Assembly (NCBI RefSeq): GCF_964204645.1
Contig: NC_134034.1
Location: 13,281,062 to 13,345,061 of the forward strand
Origin: Tubulanus polymorphus
Taxonomy: Eukaryota; Animalia; Nemertea
Direction of reading: 5' to 3'
Length of the DNA: 64,000 nucleotides
A program made the position numbers and the translations under genes. This document shows positions 50,701-64,000 of the stretch, piece by piece. Each line of letters begins with the position of its first letter. Position 1 is the first letter of the stretch. The notes below the pieces were generated by a model, which saw nothing but the letters and a program-made list of their open reading frames with translations, searched no databases and was not told where the DNA came from.

Positions 50701-53700
50701 TTGGACGTTACGTAACCTTTGGATTATCATTGTATTTCGGTTCAGCAAATATCAAACTTATGCCCTACGTATTACAGGTGAGAATACTGATTCGCCAAAA
50801 TGAAAGCGATGTTTTGGCTTTCGACGATATCAAGATCGCAAATAAAACTTGCTTTTCGAAACCTTTTGGTAAGTCAACGAAATAATCATTGATACCTTGT
50901 CGATACCGATCAATATGTCCGTGTGATTTTCAGGCCCGATGAAGATGATTCAAAAAGACCGTGTAATACCGAGAAGGTGGATTGATTTAGGACATTCTCG
51001 CGTGTTCGTTCGAGTTTCCGAAATAATGCCGTTCTGGTATTGCGAAGATTTCTGCGCGAAAAGGTTTTTCGGCTCCGAGTTGGGTCCGTTCTTTCTCAGT
51101 CAGCTCACAGAAATATGGCGCATGATAAGCAAAGAATTTACAGGTATATCATACACCTAGTAATTCAGACCATGGGCTCTAAAACGAATTGGCTTTAGAG
51201 TCGATGATCAGACATGATCAGATTAATTATAGAATTTCCACATTTAACAGATCTACACGTCACACCGCTTTGGATCAAAATGAATTTGCATCCAACAAAT
51301 AGAACTCACTTCGGTAACAAGCGATGTTCGGGAATATACGGCGGAGAACTTGATCTATTTGACTGTAACATCAAGCTTCCTTGTCTTTGTCAAATTTATA
51401 CCGGTAAGCTCAAAAAAGCAGGTTTGTTGCGGTAGTGCGCAGAGAAGGTGTGCAACCGCTGCAATAATATTGACACAAACGATGCGCGTACCAAACCGAA
51501 CGGTCAAATCAAAACAAATCAAACGTAATCTACCAATAAATAAATATCAGGGTCAATCCCTATTTCTAAGATAAAAAGAACACTGTTTAAATTTCGAAAC
51601 ATCGCAGCCCGAAGTATGTGTCACGATCGGTGCATTCCCGTATTGATTTTCGATATGAGAAAACGCGCTGAACGCACCGCACTACCGCAACGCATCGTAT
51701 ATATGTCTGTTAGTGATTTCGACGGATTCGGAAGCCGAATATTTATAGAAATTATTCATTCAAGTCTTAAATTCGGTTTCAGGAACAGAGGATCGAATAG
51801 ATATTCTATCGACGTCTGAAATAGTGCACACAACACGAGATGGAAGTAAAAAACTCGAGGGTGAACCGGCTGGGATGAACGGCGGATGTGACGTAACAGA
51901 AAGCGGAACTGTAATTGAATATCGACTTCACAGAACGCATACCATTCAAAATATCCGCATTAGATTCGCCCAACGTAAGATTCATCTTCTGATTTTAACG
52001 AAAGACTGGTTCCTGTTCGTGTAACATAATACATAACAAGAATTTTAAACAGTTACGGATTTCAAGCAGTTACATACATCGGCACAATGGCTGAGTAGTG
52101 GTTTAAGCCTCGTCAATCCAAGCTACATGGCTTCGAATCCTGGTGGCGAGGAGTTTTTGGTCGAAGGCTTTTTTCTGGTCTCGTTCGCGATGCCCTGCGA
52201 GGCGCTCATTGGGTTCAGGGAATATAAAATATAGATTAGTAATTCCAATGTCATTTTTGTTCATACATTTAGCCGAATTGACGACTATCGACGAGTTGGA
52301 AGCACTCCAGATACAAAAGAACAGGGACTGCATAATATCGACTTACGGTAAAAGATATCAAGGTCATACGTCCAAAACTGTCGCGGGCGTCGAATGTCAA
52401 GCTTGGAACGCGCAATATCCACATACGCATACGAAGGATCCAGAAGAATTTCCGGAAAAAAGTTTCGGAAAAGCTTTAAACTATTGCCGTAATCCGGACG
52501 CTGCAACTGGACCTTGGTGTTACACGATGAACAAAAAAAGACGCTGGAATTTTTGCATGATTGACCCGTGCAGTCGTAAGTAATGACAAAATCTATGGAA
52601 TACCGGCAACGCTACTGTGGCAAGCGAGGATTCCACCAGGTGTCGCCGGTTGCGCTATGTTTCCGCGCTTCAATTCCTTCTACATTTCGATTAGATTTGA
52701 ATCAACTTTTCTGATTAGTAAATCAAATTTTCAGTGAAATAAATACCACACACTGAATGAGAAAGGGAATCTTATATCTATACAACGACTTTTCGGATTT
52801 GAAAGTCTAAAAATCAAGTTCAAATTTCATCCAAAATAAACTGATTTTCACTGCGAGTGACCGATTGTTTTGTGGCGCCACTATCGATCCATATCTGTTT
52901 TGTCACTAACAGGATACGTCATAGACGGACACAATCATTATATGTATTTTGATAATAATCATATGTATTTTTATGTCGATGTATCCTATCTATTGACAGG
53001 CGATCTAGGTAATGCGGTACATCAGACTTTTCTAAAAGGTACGGATGAAATTAAATGGATTGTTCAGTGTATTTCTGTACCATGTATTTCATTCTCTCGC
53101 TTGTTTTCTGTTTTATCTATTAATAGAATGTCCCGATGGTTGGAATTACGAGTTGTACAGCCACTGTTATCTAGTATCGGATCAACAATTCACCAGACGG
53201 GACGCCGAACGATATTGTCAAGATAAAGACCCGCGTAACGGTCACGTGAGTAACCGAACAAAAAAAAACTAACATAGTAATAGTAACGGAATGCATGAAA
53301 ATGATTAAACATGTTAAGTAAGAGTCATGAAATCTAATTGATTACAAAATAAACACCAATTTTCAAAATTGTAACTGTGGCGCTAGTCCAGTATACGACA
53401 TTATAGTGCGTCCTGTGGAGTCATCACTTAACTGGTGTGTAGGATGTCATCTGTCAACCGTCTTGTGGAGTCATCACCCTAGTATGTAAGGTGTGGCGTG
53501 TCATCAGCTGTAGAATATGGATCCCAAATCAAGGATCTATTTTCATGGAACTTCTTTTAGTTCCATATTAATACGCTTTTATGTTTCAGCTTGCGCATTA
53601 ATTCCCCGATTTACTCCAAAGGGATCATTCATTTATTACCTACGCATAAAATTTGAATTTTTCATTACAGTACGCAATTGCACTGACTCTTCTCCCTCCC

Positions 53701-56700
53701 CTAATGCGAACGTTATAAATGAATAACCCCAAAAACATACGTTCCACTATAATGCGCATATCGGACTTGGGCCGTAATTGTTATTTTGAATCGCCACTAT
53801 TGATGACGAAATGCACATAGACCCACACACACAGAACCCATTAAATAACGCATTGCCGTCCTTTAAAGAGTTTCATTTGTGCTAATTTGGTATGGATCAG
53901 TCCGCTAAAATTACTTAATAAATGTCAGACGCTATCGATAGCTGAATATTTTACTTCATTTTTAGTTGCTTCAACTGAACAGCCAAACAGAAGCAAATTA
54001 CATCGAGGAGACACTCCAAAAATTGAAAATAACGTACGTCTGGATTCAAGGGTCATCGGATAACGATTTACCATTTCAACATTTAACTGATGAGGGTTAG
54101 TTTTGTGCATCCTCGCTTGCCAGGGTTTGATTGCCTTCAGCCGAAGCTCACGCCAACACAAACCCTGGCCGCAGAACCTTCATTGGTCTTTTACATCGCT
54201 CAGCGGCCACCAGTCTATATATCTAGCCAATCATATGCGTTGTATTGGTAGAATGGATCTGCCGGTGAAAAACAAGGCATGGTCGGTAGCCGCTTAGTGG
54301 TAACCTGTCCACCCAAGAAATCGTTACCAATGAAGGAACGATAACCACACTCAAACGTGGTGAACGGATAATAAGATAAAAACCCACTATCTACAGATTA
54401 AAAGAATTTAAAAACAAGAATTTATTCATTCGAACAATCTAAAATATATAGAATACGCGACGTTTCGATCTCACCCTAGAGACCATCGTCAGATAAGACC
54501 AATGAAGGCTTTGTGGCCAGGGTTTGTGTTGGCGTGAGCAATGGCAAGCGAGTGGATGGTGTTGTTGATGCGAGATAAATTCTTGAAATTAAGTAATTGC
54601 AGATCTGCGAGTCTGTATGACTATATAACTGTCAGTGATCGACAAAATTGCAATATTTACAGGAATACAGGAGAACGCGTTCGATTCTGTCTTATACAAC
54701 TCGTACAGCACCAAATGGATTCCGACAAATACCACCTCAGAGAAAACAATGGCCGTCGCTGTTTGCGAAACGATTAAACGCAAGTTTTACATATATACAT
54801 ATATATTTCATATACGATTCAATTCAGTAATACATGCACCGAGATAGATCATTTTCAAGATCACCTGAGTTGGATCATTTTAAATTGCCTTGTTTTGCAC
54901 GTTCACGAGTCACTAATCTCCTTGTCAGCCTGCGTCTCATTTCACCTATTGATGAAGTTAGGGAGCATTTTTAATCAAATATTTTTCAGAAAAGCGCGGG
55001 CTCTGTGCAGGTCTGCTGGATGTATGGCGCTAAGCATAATCATAATCATCATCATAATCATTATATCATTGCAATGGGGTACCCGCTATCCCGTTAGATG
55101 GCGTGACGAGCAGTAGGTTGCTCGTTTTCAAAATTAGTTCATTTTCGATGAACTTTGAACTGGATTTTTAGACTCCTGAATCCATACAATATCACAGGAC
55201 TCACCAAATATGAAATACTATCATTCTTCTAATCAGATATCGATATATTTTTCATAGATCATTGATTCATTTAAGAGAAAAGTTCAAATTCAATTGAAAT
55301 AGCGAACCTAGTAGCGAACCTAGCGGATCCTCGCCGGCCATGAGTGGAATCCTCGATTGCCACAGTAACACCGCGGGTACACCATTGCCATTACTATAGT
55401 ATTGTTATCGTTACAGAAAATCGCATTTTCGTTCTGGGAGATATGAACCTGAAAGAAAAAAACTATACGTTCGACGAAGCATTAGCCGGCTTTAGATCAC
55501 CTTGGTTCACCGTCGAACCCGCCGTGTATTTAACTGTTATACCGACAGGTTTATCCGGGATACTTTACGCCGTAGCTTTTATTCATTCCGGTTATATGAA
55601 CGGCTACTTTCGCATCGGTAAATTGAAAGGCCCGGTAATTCTAAGTGAAATAAAAGCGACGCAAAATTTCATGTTCGCTTCGCCCGGAATCGCCCAGGCC
55701 TCCGCTTTCAAGAAGGATTGCTCCGACGGCGACGATTCGAAGTTTCAGCGATTCGAAGTGGACGGCATCGCCTTCGTACGTGTTGAGGAGACATATCGAT
55801 GGCAGCCATATCTATTGAGAAAAAATCAATTAGAAATACCCGTAACGGGAGGAGACGTGATCGCCATCATTCCCGAAGGTGACGTCGTCTTAGAATCGGA
55901 TGACGTCACCGACATGACGCGCGAGCCGGGTATGATGACCACGTACAAAATGAAGATCAGCGGCGTAGGTGATGACGTCATCTGCGCTAAGTATATGACG
56001 GAGACATCGTTGAAAATGTACTTTTTCGTCAAACAACCGACTCTGGGTAAATAGCTTCTGATTCTGGTTTTTTCCGTGTGAAACCTTTGTTTAACTTCCT
56101 GGTATATGTTTGGTGTCCCGATGAAAGTGAATCGTTATTTGAAAAGTATTTCCTCTTCGATAGCAAAAACCGAATCCTTTGAAAATGTTCACTCAATAAC
56201 CTTCTGGTATTGGAAACATATTTGGAAAGTATCTAAGAGATTGGTTTGATATATGGCCAGTATTTTCAAACTCAAAACAGTATGTCAAAAATGCACATTG
56301 TGACATTCATCAGGATGTAATAATCTTGCATTTTTGACATACTGCATTGAATTCGGGAATATTCGCTGGACTTGCAACCGATGTTTTAGTTATTTTGGGG
56401 GTGTGTCGAAAAGACCCTGATTATAGAACGATAACCACACTCAAACGTGGTTAACGGATAATAAGATAAAATCCCACTATTTACAGATTAAAAGAATTTA
56501 AAAACCAGAATTTATTTATTAAATCTAAAATAATTTAAAAGACACGACGTTTCGATCTCACCCTAGAGATCATCGTCAGGTGCGAGAAATAGATTAAAAA
56601 CAGGGGTATATATACAGAGGAGGACAGGTTAATTGAGTAAATTGGTGAGTGAGTAAGTAAATAATTAGTGTTTGGCAAGTATTTTAGATTTAATGAATAA

Positions 56701-59700
56701 ATTCTGGTTTTTAAATTCTTTTAATCTGTAAATAGTGGGATTTTATCTTATTACCCTGATTATATTTCATGAAAACTTTCAACGAATTCGGTAACTTTTA
56801 TTGCGGGGAAAATACTGTTCAGTTTGTCGGACGTTACATGACGTGGCGTATCTCTGCTTTCAGCCCCTTCACCTCATCGACGAGAAACGATCACAGACAG
56901 TTTACTAATCACGGTGAATGACACGAATCGAACCGTGGATTGTCGCGTAGTTGCGCAACAGTACGCTGTATCTAACAGTGATGTGATGTATATGTGTCAA
57001 GCGAATACCGTTTCAAAACTCGTCGTTAAACTCACGAAGAATGCTAGAATTTGTAGCATCGTCGCTTTCGGATATCCAGGTGACGTTATTGTGAGGTTTT
57101 ATTTTTGCTGTATCACAAATATTCAAACAGTTGTCCTCTCAATAGTCGGGTCATGATTTGCTGAAATTTAGCTCATCGCGCGCCGATTTCAACATTCGTC
57201 TGACAAATCATTCCCTCTTCAAATTTCAGACGACATTGAATACGACAAGGTTATCACAATCAGGAAATATCGATTCGAGAATATGCAGAACACTGGAATC
57301 AGAAAAAATAACGCCTGTTTGTCACTGGTTTTCACGGAGAGTTTCAGCTGGGTACAGTTTGATATGCTGTCGTTGCATTACGTGCTATCAGGTTAGATCT
57401 GGCGTTCGCTTATAAATCCGTTTTCAGACTAGTATCCTGAATTTTTTAACGGCCGCCGGTCCAAACCCAAAAGCCAACAAAAACGTAACAGAATTAGAGC
57501 GAAAATCAATTTCATAGGGCGTGCGTGCCTCCCTTTTCTTATGAAAACCACGCGTATTTTGAACCCGAGAAGCTCGAAGCCTTTTTCGAAATCGTAACCG
57601 CTCTGAAGTGAACTGGCGAATATCTAATTAAGAGTTTTGTTTTCTTTTTTGTTTACGAGGCCCGAGTTCCACAGTGGCTACCGGGATATATTCAGCTCCT
57701 TATGGGCCATTTTAAATGTATCGAAGCCATCACGAATATGATATGATAACATATTTCAGTATTGGTCGATGATAAAATGCCCGGTGCGGTTGTTCACGTG
57801 ACCACGTCCACGTTCTGGAAGGAGAATCTACATTACTGCGACGAGCTGCGACACGTAGATTTGAATCGAACGGAAATTCGTTGCGACGCGCGGAAAATCG
57901 GTCGATTCGTTACGATTTCCGAAAGCAAAGGGAATAACACTGCGATAGTGTGTAAAGTTCAGGTTTTTGGATCGGGTGAGTTTTTGAAATTCAACAGAAA
58001 ATGTTTTTATGTAACGTTTTGTATCTTTTAATACAATATATTCCTCGTTTCGTCTGCGATGGGTTTATGGAATCGGTCACAAACCTATAACAGAATGTCA
58101 AAATGTGAAAACATATCGAGCTCACGCCGGCGTATTCCCGTCATAGGTTGATTACTATCATAACTCAGTGTCAGATATTCGATCCCCACCCCTCCCCTCG
58201 TCCCAGTCCCCCCCTCGGCCAAGTCTCCCCCCTCGCCCCAGTCTCCCCTGCAGCTCTTCTATTTTCTCGTGTTGAGAATAAGAAAAAATCCCTCGCGTTA
58301 GACAATGATCAGAAACTCTGATCCGGGGAATTGTTATCTGGCCACCACACCTGACTGATCACCAGGTCACCCACACTGACCAGACAAACACTGTACATCA
58401 GTCTACTGGTCTATGGTCTAGTGGTTAGGGTGCCTGGCTGGCATGCTAGAGGTCGCAGGTTCGAGCCCTGTTAGGGTTAGGGTTAGCAGCGAGCTGGGGT
58501 TAGGTTTAGCGATGTTCTTCGGCTGGGGCTTGATATTTTTGTTGGAAAAATTATCGTTTTGGGATAAGTCGTTGTCAATGAAAATGCATTACTTTCTTTC
58601 AAGAAATTCACTTTTTTATCATCCTATCCCTGAAAAACACTTGTCAAAAAGCGATTATCTTTTTGGATACGATATGAAACCGTATTCTCTGCGTATTTAA
58701 GAATTTGAGAGACGGGAAGATTCATTAGGAATCACATCGCAACTTATCAAAGACAACCAGATTACAGCTAGTTCCGGTAATCCCGGTGACGTCAGAATGA
58801 TTCCAGAATCGACCGCTTGGTGCGCTGGAGATGAAAACCACAAATACATACAAGTAAAGCAATATACATCATTAGACAAACCATTTCGTTTCCGCCGTAA
58901 ATGTGCCGGATGTGCACTACATAATCAATATTTCGGGGCTAGACTGGTTGCCTGTCAAATTCAATATAACTTTATTGATCCGTAATATCATTAAATTATA
59001 TGTATATCGTATTTTCAACGTATAATTTTCCAAGGCGTTGATACACATTAGTTTTCTGGATTACACTAGGTTGATTTCGAACGAGAAGTGGTGATGACAA
59101 TGTTCTCGATAAAACTACGCGCTCAGCAAGTCAGGAGTTACGTCGATGGAATCGCGTTTCTCTGGAAACATCGTAGAACCGGGCGATTAGTCTATTACAA
59201 TGAACCGCCTTTCCAAGATAAGGTACGTCGTCGACCTTAGATTTAGAAAAAACTACTCGAAAGCCTCATCAGCTGCGGATTGAACTCGAGTCTCCACTGA
59301 TCAAACCGGCCGTCTATCTACCCTGTACATTATCTTTTTAAAACCATGATCAAGCTGACAATAACAGACTCGGCAGTTATAGAAATGAACTAATTAACGA
59401 AACAAGGTATCATGTTTTTTAGCATTTAACATTAGTAAATTTGTTCTTGTTTTTGCAATTCAGAGAATATTTTCGCCGGCAGGTGTCATAGAAAACTTTC
59501 TAGAGATGTTTTTTAGTCTGAAGCGTCCTGTTACTACCACATTAGTTCAGTTTCATGTTATTTCATACGTCGGTTCATCGTGTTTACAACTGGAAGTGTA
59601 CGGATGGTACACCGGTGAAGCCGGTGAGTATTCGTCATATTGAAACGTCACATTGAAACAAACGTTAAACCGTTTTAACGCCATGTTAGAACAAACGTTT

Positions 59701-62700
59701 CATTGCGCCCCATACTTCACTATAGACGTCAATCTCATTTACAGAAATACACATTAATCAAACTGGTTTATACGACTATAAGCTGTGGAATAGCGGCTAC
59801 AAATGGAACATCACTTCTCCAATAAATACACATTACCTCATCGAATATCCGATTCAGCAGTTACCCGCAATAAATCATCAGGTAAATTCATCATCTTCAT
59901 TAAACTATGAACCAAAGCAGTTAAAGTCTTATTGATAACCAAATTATGTATTGTATTACAAAGAGAATCCGACAGTAATAACTTTAAAATAAAGTCTGAA
60001 AATGTTTCCTTGAGCTGCTTGTACTTTATTCGACGTTTATCATAAGAGTCGTCTTCAGGGTTACTTACTGAAAATATTTTGCGGACTTAATTTTGTGTTA
60101 TTTGTGGGGTTATCTGTAGACCATCTCGACGCGTTTATTGTATAAATGGTGATCATGTATATTGTATTACTTTCGATCATGAAAGCCGTACCCTGACGTG
60201 CACTGGGTTTCACAAAAAGCGGAAAACACGTTGTTCAAAGTTGAACTGTATGACGGTAACCGCCAGTTAAAAACAATGAGAAACTACGCGAAGTTACCGA
60301 CGATAGTTTTGAACGAGAATCACGTTCTGGTCGTCTGGCTGATTACCCGCATTGGACACGGTTTAATCTTCAGCAAAGATTTTTCGCTTAGAGTAAACAT
60401 TACAGATATAGGTAAGCATTGTTTGATTATACGATGATGAAATATGAACGACGATACAAAACTTTTATGTCTTCGCTGAAGGGGTAGGGGTTGGCCTTCC
60501 GACTGCCAGATACTGAATCTCAGTGATCTTCATCAACACAGTAAATGCCAATTTGCGATCATGTTTCAACCAATTGCGTTGCAAGACGCAAACATTTCCT
60601 GAAGATGGGGTTTTGATTATAAAATAAACTTTTTTCGCATTTTTGAAAATTGAGACTTCAAATCATCATTTCGTATTACATGATATCAAAACAGAATGTA
60701 CCATTTACAATATATCGAATGTAGATTGTTCCGGTAGTGGATTCATGGATTCTATCGACACTACAGAACGTCAGTTAAACCACACTAGGCGCGGTGTGTT
60801 CGCGTCGCCGATGTTCCCCGTTCTGACCGGGCGCTCTTATTTCACGACGTGGCAAATTGATACCAAATTCACCAACTACATACAACTGGAATTCATCGAG
60901 TTTAATCTGGAAGCTTCGTTCGGCGCGTGCAGCATAAACTACATCGATTTATCTCAGCCGTCGGTCGGTCGTATCTGTAACAGTCGTCTGCCACCCGATG
61001 TCATCTACAGCGAATGGAACAGATTAATAGTTCGTCTGACGGTGAGCTTATCGGCTGCGGATGGAACGGGATTTTTAGCTCGATATCGATCTCGGGAAAT
61101 TGGATTCGATCAACGAATTAGCAATAATTCGGGTAATTATAAGTTTCGTGGTCCTAGAAAATAGATATCTCGGGCAATTTTTTAAAAACTATTTTGAATA
61201 TCATTAAACTATGATTTTTTCGTATGACAGACGCTGAATGTGGCTCTCACTGGTTGTACTACGACGGAAATTGTTTTCTATTCCAAACTGCTAACGGCTT
61301 TTCACCTTTAAAGGTAAACACGGCCAATAAACTGTGCCAAACTGAAGGCGGTTTTCTAGCTAGTGTTAAGAACGAGCAGGAGGCCGTATTCATTCACGTC
61401 GCTTTGGTATCCAAATGGCTGAAGGAAACTACTGAAAGAAAAGTCTATTTAGGTAGGGATTATTTCGTTGAGAGGTCAGACGTTGGGATACGCAAACTAA
61501 TCTCACGTCATTTTCAGGTTTAATTTATGCAACTAGTATCAGGAATTTCCGATGGGTTGACCACAGTGCTCTCGGGTTTACAGCCTGGTAAGTATTTAAT
61601 AAAACAAATATTCGAAAACCTGTCCATATTCCACGGATCTAAGTAAAGAATGTTTGATGTATTCAGGGCTATGGGTGAGCCTAACGGAGGAGTTTTAGAA
61701 AGATGTGTATATTTGGAGCAAAGGTCGATTATCCAGAAATCAGCTCTGGCGAACTGGTTCGATTTTCCGTGCGGTCAGTCAACTACGAACCACTTCCTTT
61801 GCAAAAAGCCAAGCACGAGGGCCACATCGACAAAACAAGGTACGTTCAACCCATCGTCTATAGTTTCTAGCCCATTTTATCTAGAATATTTGTTATTAAA
61901 CCTATATTATTTTTCTCTATGTATTCGTTTTGAAGTTATTTGGACACAACTTCCGAACCGTTCAGTTTGCGCTGACCACGATTTGTTCACGTGTTCGAAT
62001 GGAGAATGTATTCACGTAACTGATGTTTGTGACGGTATCGATAATTGTAGAGACGCCTCGGATGAGAAGATCGGTTGCGGTAAATAGAAAACGTGATTCA
62101 TAAAAATCTGTTTTAGTGAGAATATAATTGATAGGCCTATTATCGTGAAAATACATTTGATATGTCTATTTTCTCTAAAATATAACTGATAAGTCTATCT
62201 AATGGATTACTGAATATTGAACTTGCATCGAACTTTTTATCAACCATATTTTCAGCGCGATCGTGTTCAGATGAACAGTTTCACTGCACAAGCGGGCGAT
62301 GTTTATCGTTATCGTATTTATGCGATTTTAGAGATGATTGCGGGGACGGCTCCGACGAATCGTTTTGTTGTAAGTTTTCTAACGGTGTCGAAACTGAATG
62401 TACGTAATTATACTGAGCCGAGATTCTAAATATACCCGCGTCGCGTATTTACTTCAGTAAACCCGGTTTGCGATGCTACAGAATTCACGTGTAAGAGCGG
62501 TCAGTGTATTCCTGAGATAAAGAGGAATGATGGAATTGATGATTGTGTCGATGGCTCCGATGAGCTTCACAGTGGAGGTATAGTATTTAGCGTAGAACTA
62601 TTGAGAGGTCTATGTCTTATACGTTACAGCGTTAAGGATCCTTTATACGAAATCCCCTCAAAGATTTTGATCAAAATTATAATGTATTATATTGAAACAA

Positions 62701-64000
62701 GGAGACATCATGTCAAAATGTTACATGCGCAATTATGTCTGAAAACTCAATTTTCTCGACAGAATGTAACGGGTTCCAATGTTACGACGGTTCGTGTTAC
62801 CCGGCCAGTTGGAGATGTGACGTCACTCTAGATTGTTCCGGTGGATTTCGGGAAGATGAAGTCGGTTGTCCAAAACGTACGTAATGATCATAACCATTCC
62901 CTATTATCATCAGCGTTATCTATTGATCATTTTCATCTATTTCGAGACTTTCGCGAATCTGTCTTATTTCAGCGACGATGCAAGTTGGATATAAACACTG
63001 TTCGAATGGTTTCGTTTACAACTCGTCGCTGAGATGTTTGTACAATACGGATCAGTACGGTTCTGTGACTCCGTGTCGAGACTATTCACATCTCTTAAAC
63101 TGCGGTAATCATAATATATGACATTGTCGGGGTAGGTCTATAGGTAAATCGGAACTCGGGGTGCAAAGGGAAAAGAATGCCATTTTCTGGGATGAAACAG
63201 CCGCGAATGAGGTTAGAGAATTCTTAAAGAAATACATTAGAATAGATGCATTTTCCCAGAGGATCAGAATTAGCAGGTTATCGCGTTAAAATAGGGAATT
63301 TTTTCACTGGTTCATATTTGATTTGAGTTGTATATCCCTTACTCACCACGCCGTGCAGGTTTTAACCATCATCTGTCCCGACAATCGAAATGAGAATGGC
63401 CCAAATACCTCCATAGAATGATTCCCTCGGTATTGTGTTAACGAATGAGTTCAGTTTAATACTTTAACGATTTCAGACAGTTTTGTTTGTCCTAGCGGAT
63501 ATTTCAAGTGTCCCGACAGCTACTGCCTCGCAGCCGAATTCGTCTGTGACGGGCAACCGAATTGTCCCGATAAAGAAGACGAACAAAAATGTGGTACGAA
63601 ACTAAATCCAGATTCAATCGTGTTTTACAGTGATTTTTCTATCGCTTCCTAAACGGAAGATGTTTATATTGATTTACAGATGAGTTCGTCTGCCCGGGTA
63701 TGTACCGGTGTTCTTCGACTGAACAGTGCGTGCGACTGGATGAAATGTGCGACGGTAAAACTCACTGTCCGAATAACGACGACGAACGATTCTGCGACTT
63801 TATCATTCCTCGTGCTTGTACCGGTTACGGGTATTCGGTATTTTGTGAATCAGCTGATTTGACGCGAATCCCTCCCGATGGCCGGTACGCGGCGTCTCGT
63901 TCCTTAGATCTATTCAATAATACTCGACTCGTTTTGGACAACTCGACGTTCAGACCGTTCGTTTATTTGACCCATTTAGATCTGAGGTTGTGCGGCATCA
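47734..64000 (+). CDS. Giant mosaic GRL101/LGR-type receptor ectodomain, 5' part; continues beyond the right edge
   Basis: Signal exon 47734-47797; MAM 49087-49221 + 50163-50404 + 50778-50868; kringles 49504-49761 and 52273-52575 (NYCRNPD..GPWCYT); C-type lectin exons (~50934-51402, 53127-54780, 61231-61839); fucolectin-like ~57760-57976; F5/8C ~58720-59620; CUB ~59745-61131; seven LDLa-type modules 61936-63800, including [10 protein letters not shown]; then LRRNT and LRR ([18 protein letters not shown]). The 7TM part is outside the window, so receptor identity is inferred from domain order. Confidence 0.82.
54337..54497 (-). mobile_element. Penelope-like fragment with hammerhead core, inserted in a CATCCTC-ended MITE (54108-~54558)
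   Basis: Minus strand CUGACGA-u-ggucuc..gagauc-GAAACGUC; 11-bp direct flanks accaatgaagg (54326-54336, 54498-54508). Confidence 0.7.
56426..56752 (-). mobile_element. Penelope-like inverted fragment with a minimal hammerhead ribozyme (56542-56583)
   Basis: Minus strand gcac-CUGACGA-u-gaucuc(uagggu)gagauc-GAA-ACGU-C-gugu; inverted arms; 12-bp direct flanks accctgattata. Confidence 0.78.
58408..58486 (+). other. tRNA-like SINE head or pseudo-tRNA followed by telomeric TTAGGG units
   Basis: A box tggtctagtgg, B box ggttcgagccc, then ttagggttagggttag. No acceptor stem. Confidence 0.55.

Noticed and set aside
52078-52150. Possible tRNA gene
   Set aside because: Degenerate A/B-box-like motifs only; stems do not pair, so probably a SINE remnant.

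Overview
Eukaryotic, intron-rich invertebrate genomic DNA. GT-AG introns, a GRL101-type receptor and intronless orphan GPCRs suggest a lophotrochozoan; the species cannot be fixed from sequence alone. Genes from left to right: (1) the 5' part of a TRPC-like ankyrin cation channel (-); (2) a frameshifted secreted WSC-domain gene (+); (3) FAM221A (-), with an intronless secreted PAN/Apple gene nested on the same strand in its first coding intron; (4) two paralogous genes for a small secreted Cys-rich peptide built from tandem one-module-per-exon repeats (2 and 5 modules), the main candidate for an undescribed system; (5) tRNA-Lys(UUU), between those two paralogs; (6) two intronless rhodopsin-type GPCRs; (7) DBF4 with a 5.5-kb terminal exon; (8) the 5' part of a very large mosaic GRL101/LGR-type receptor (MAM, kringle, C-type lectin, fucolectin-like, F5/8C, CUB, LDLa, LRR) with a kringle inserted inside its MAM domain. 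Non-coding DNA holds MITEs with 9-bp and 3-bp TSDs, a solo LTR, SINEs, MITE-derived minisatellites and Penelope-type fragments carrying minimal hammerhead ribozyme motifs. All gene models were spliced by hand from splice signals and reading-frame phase. No database searches were run.
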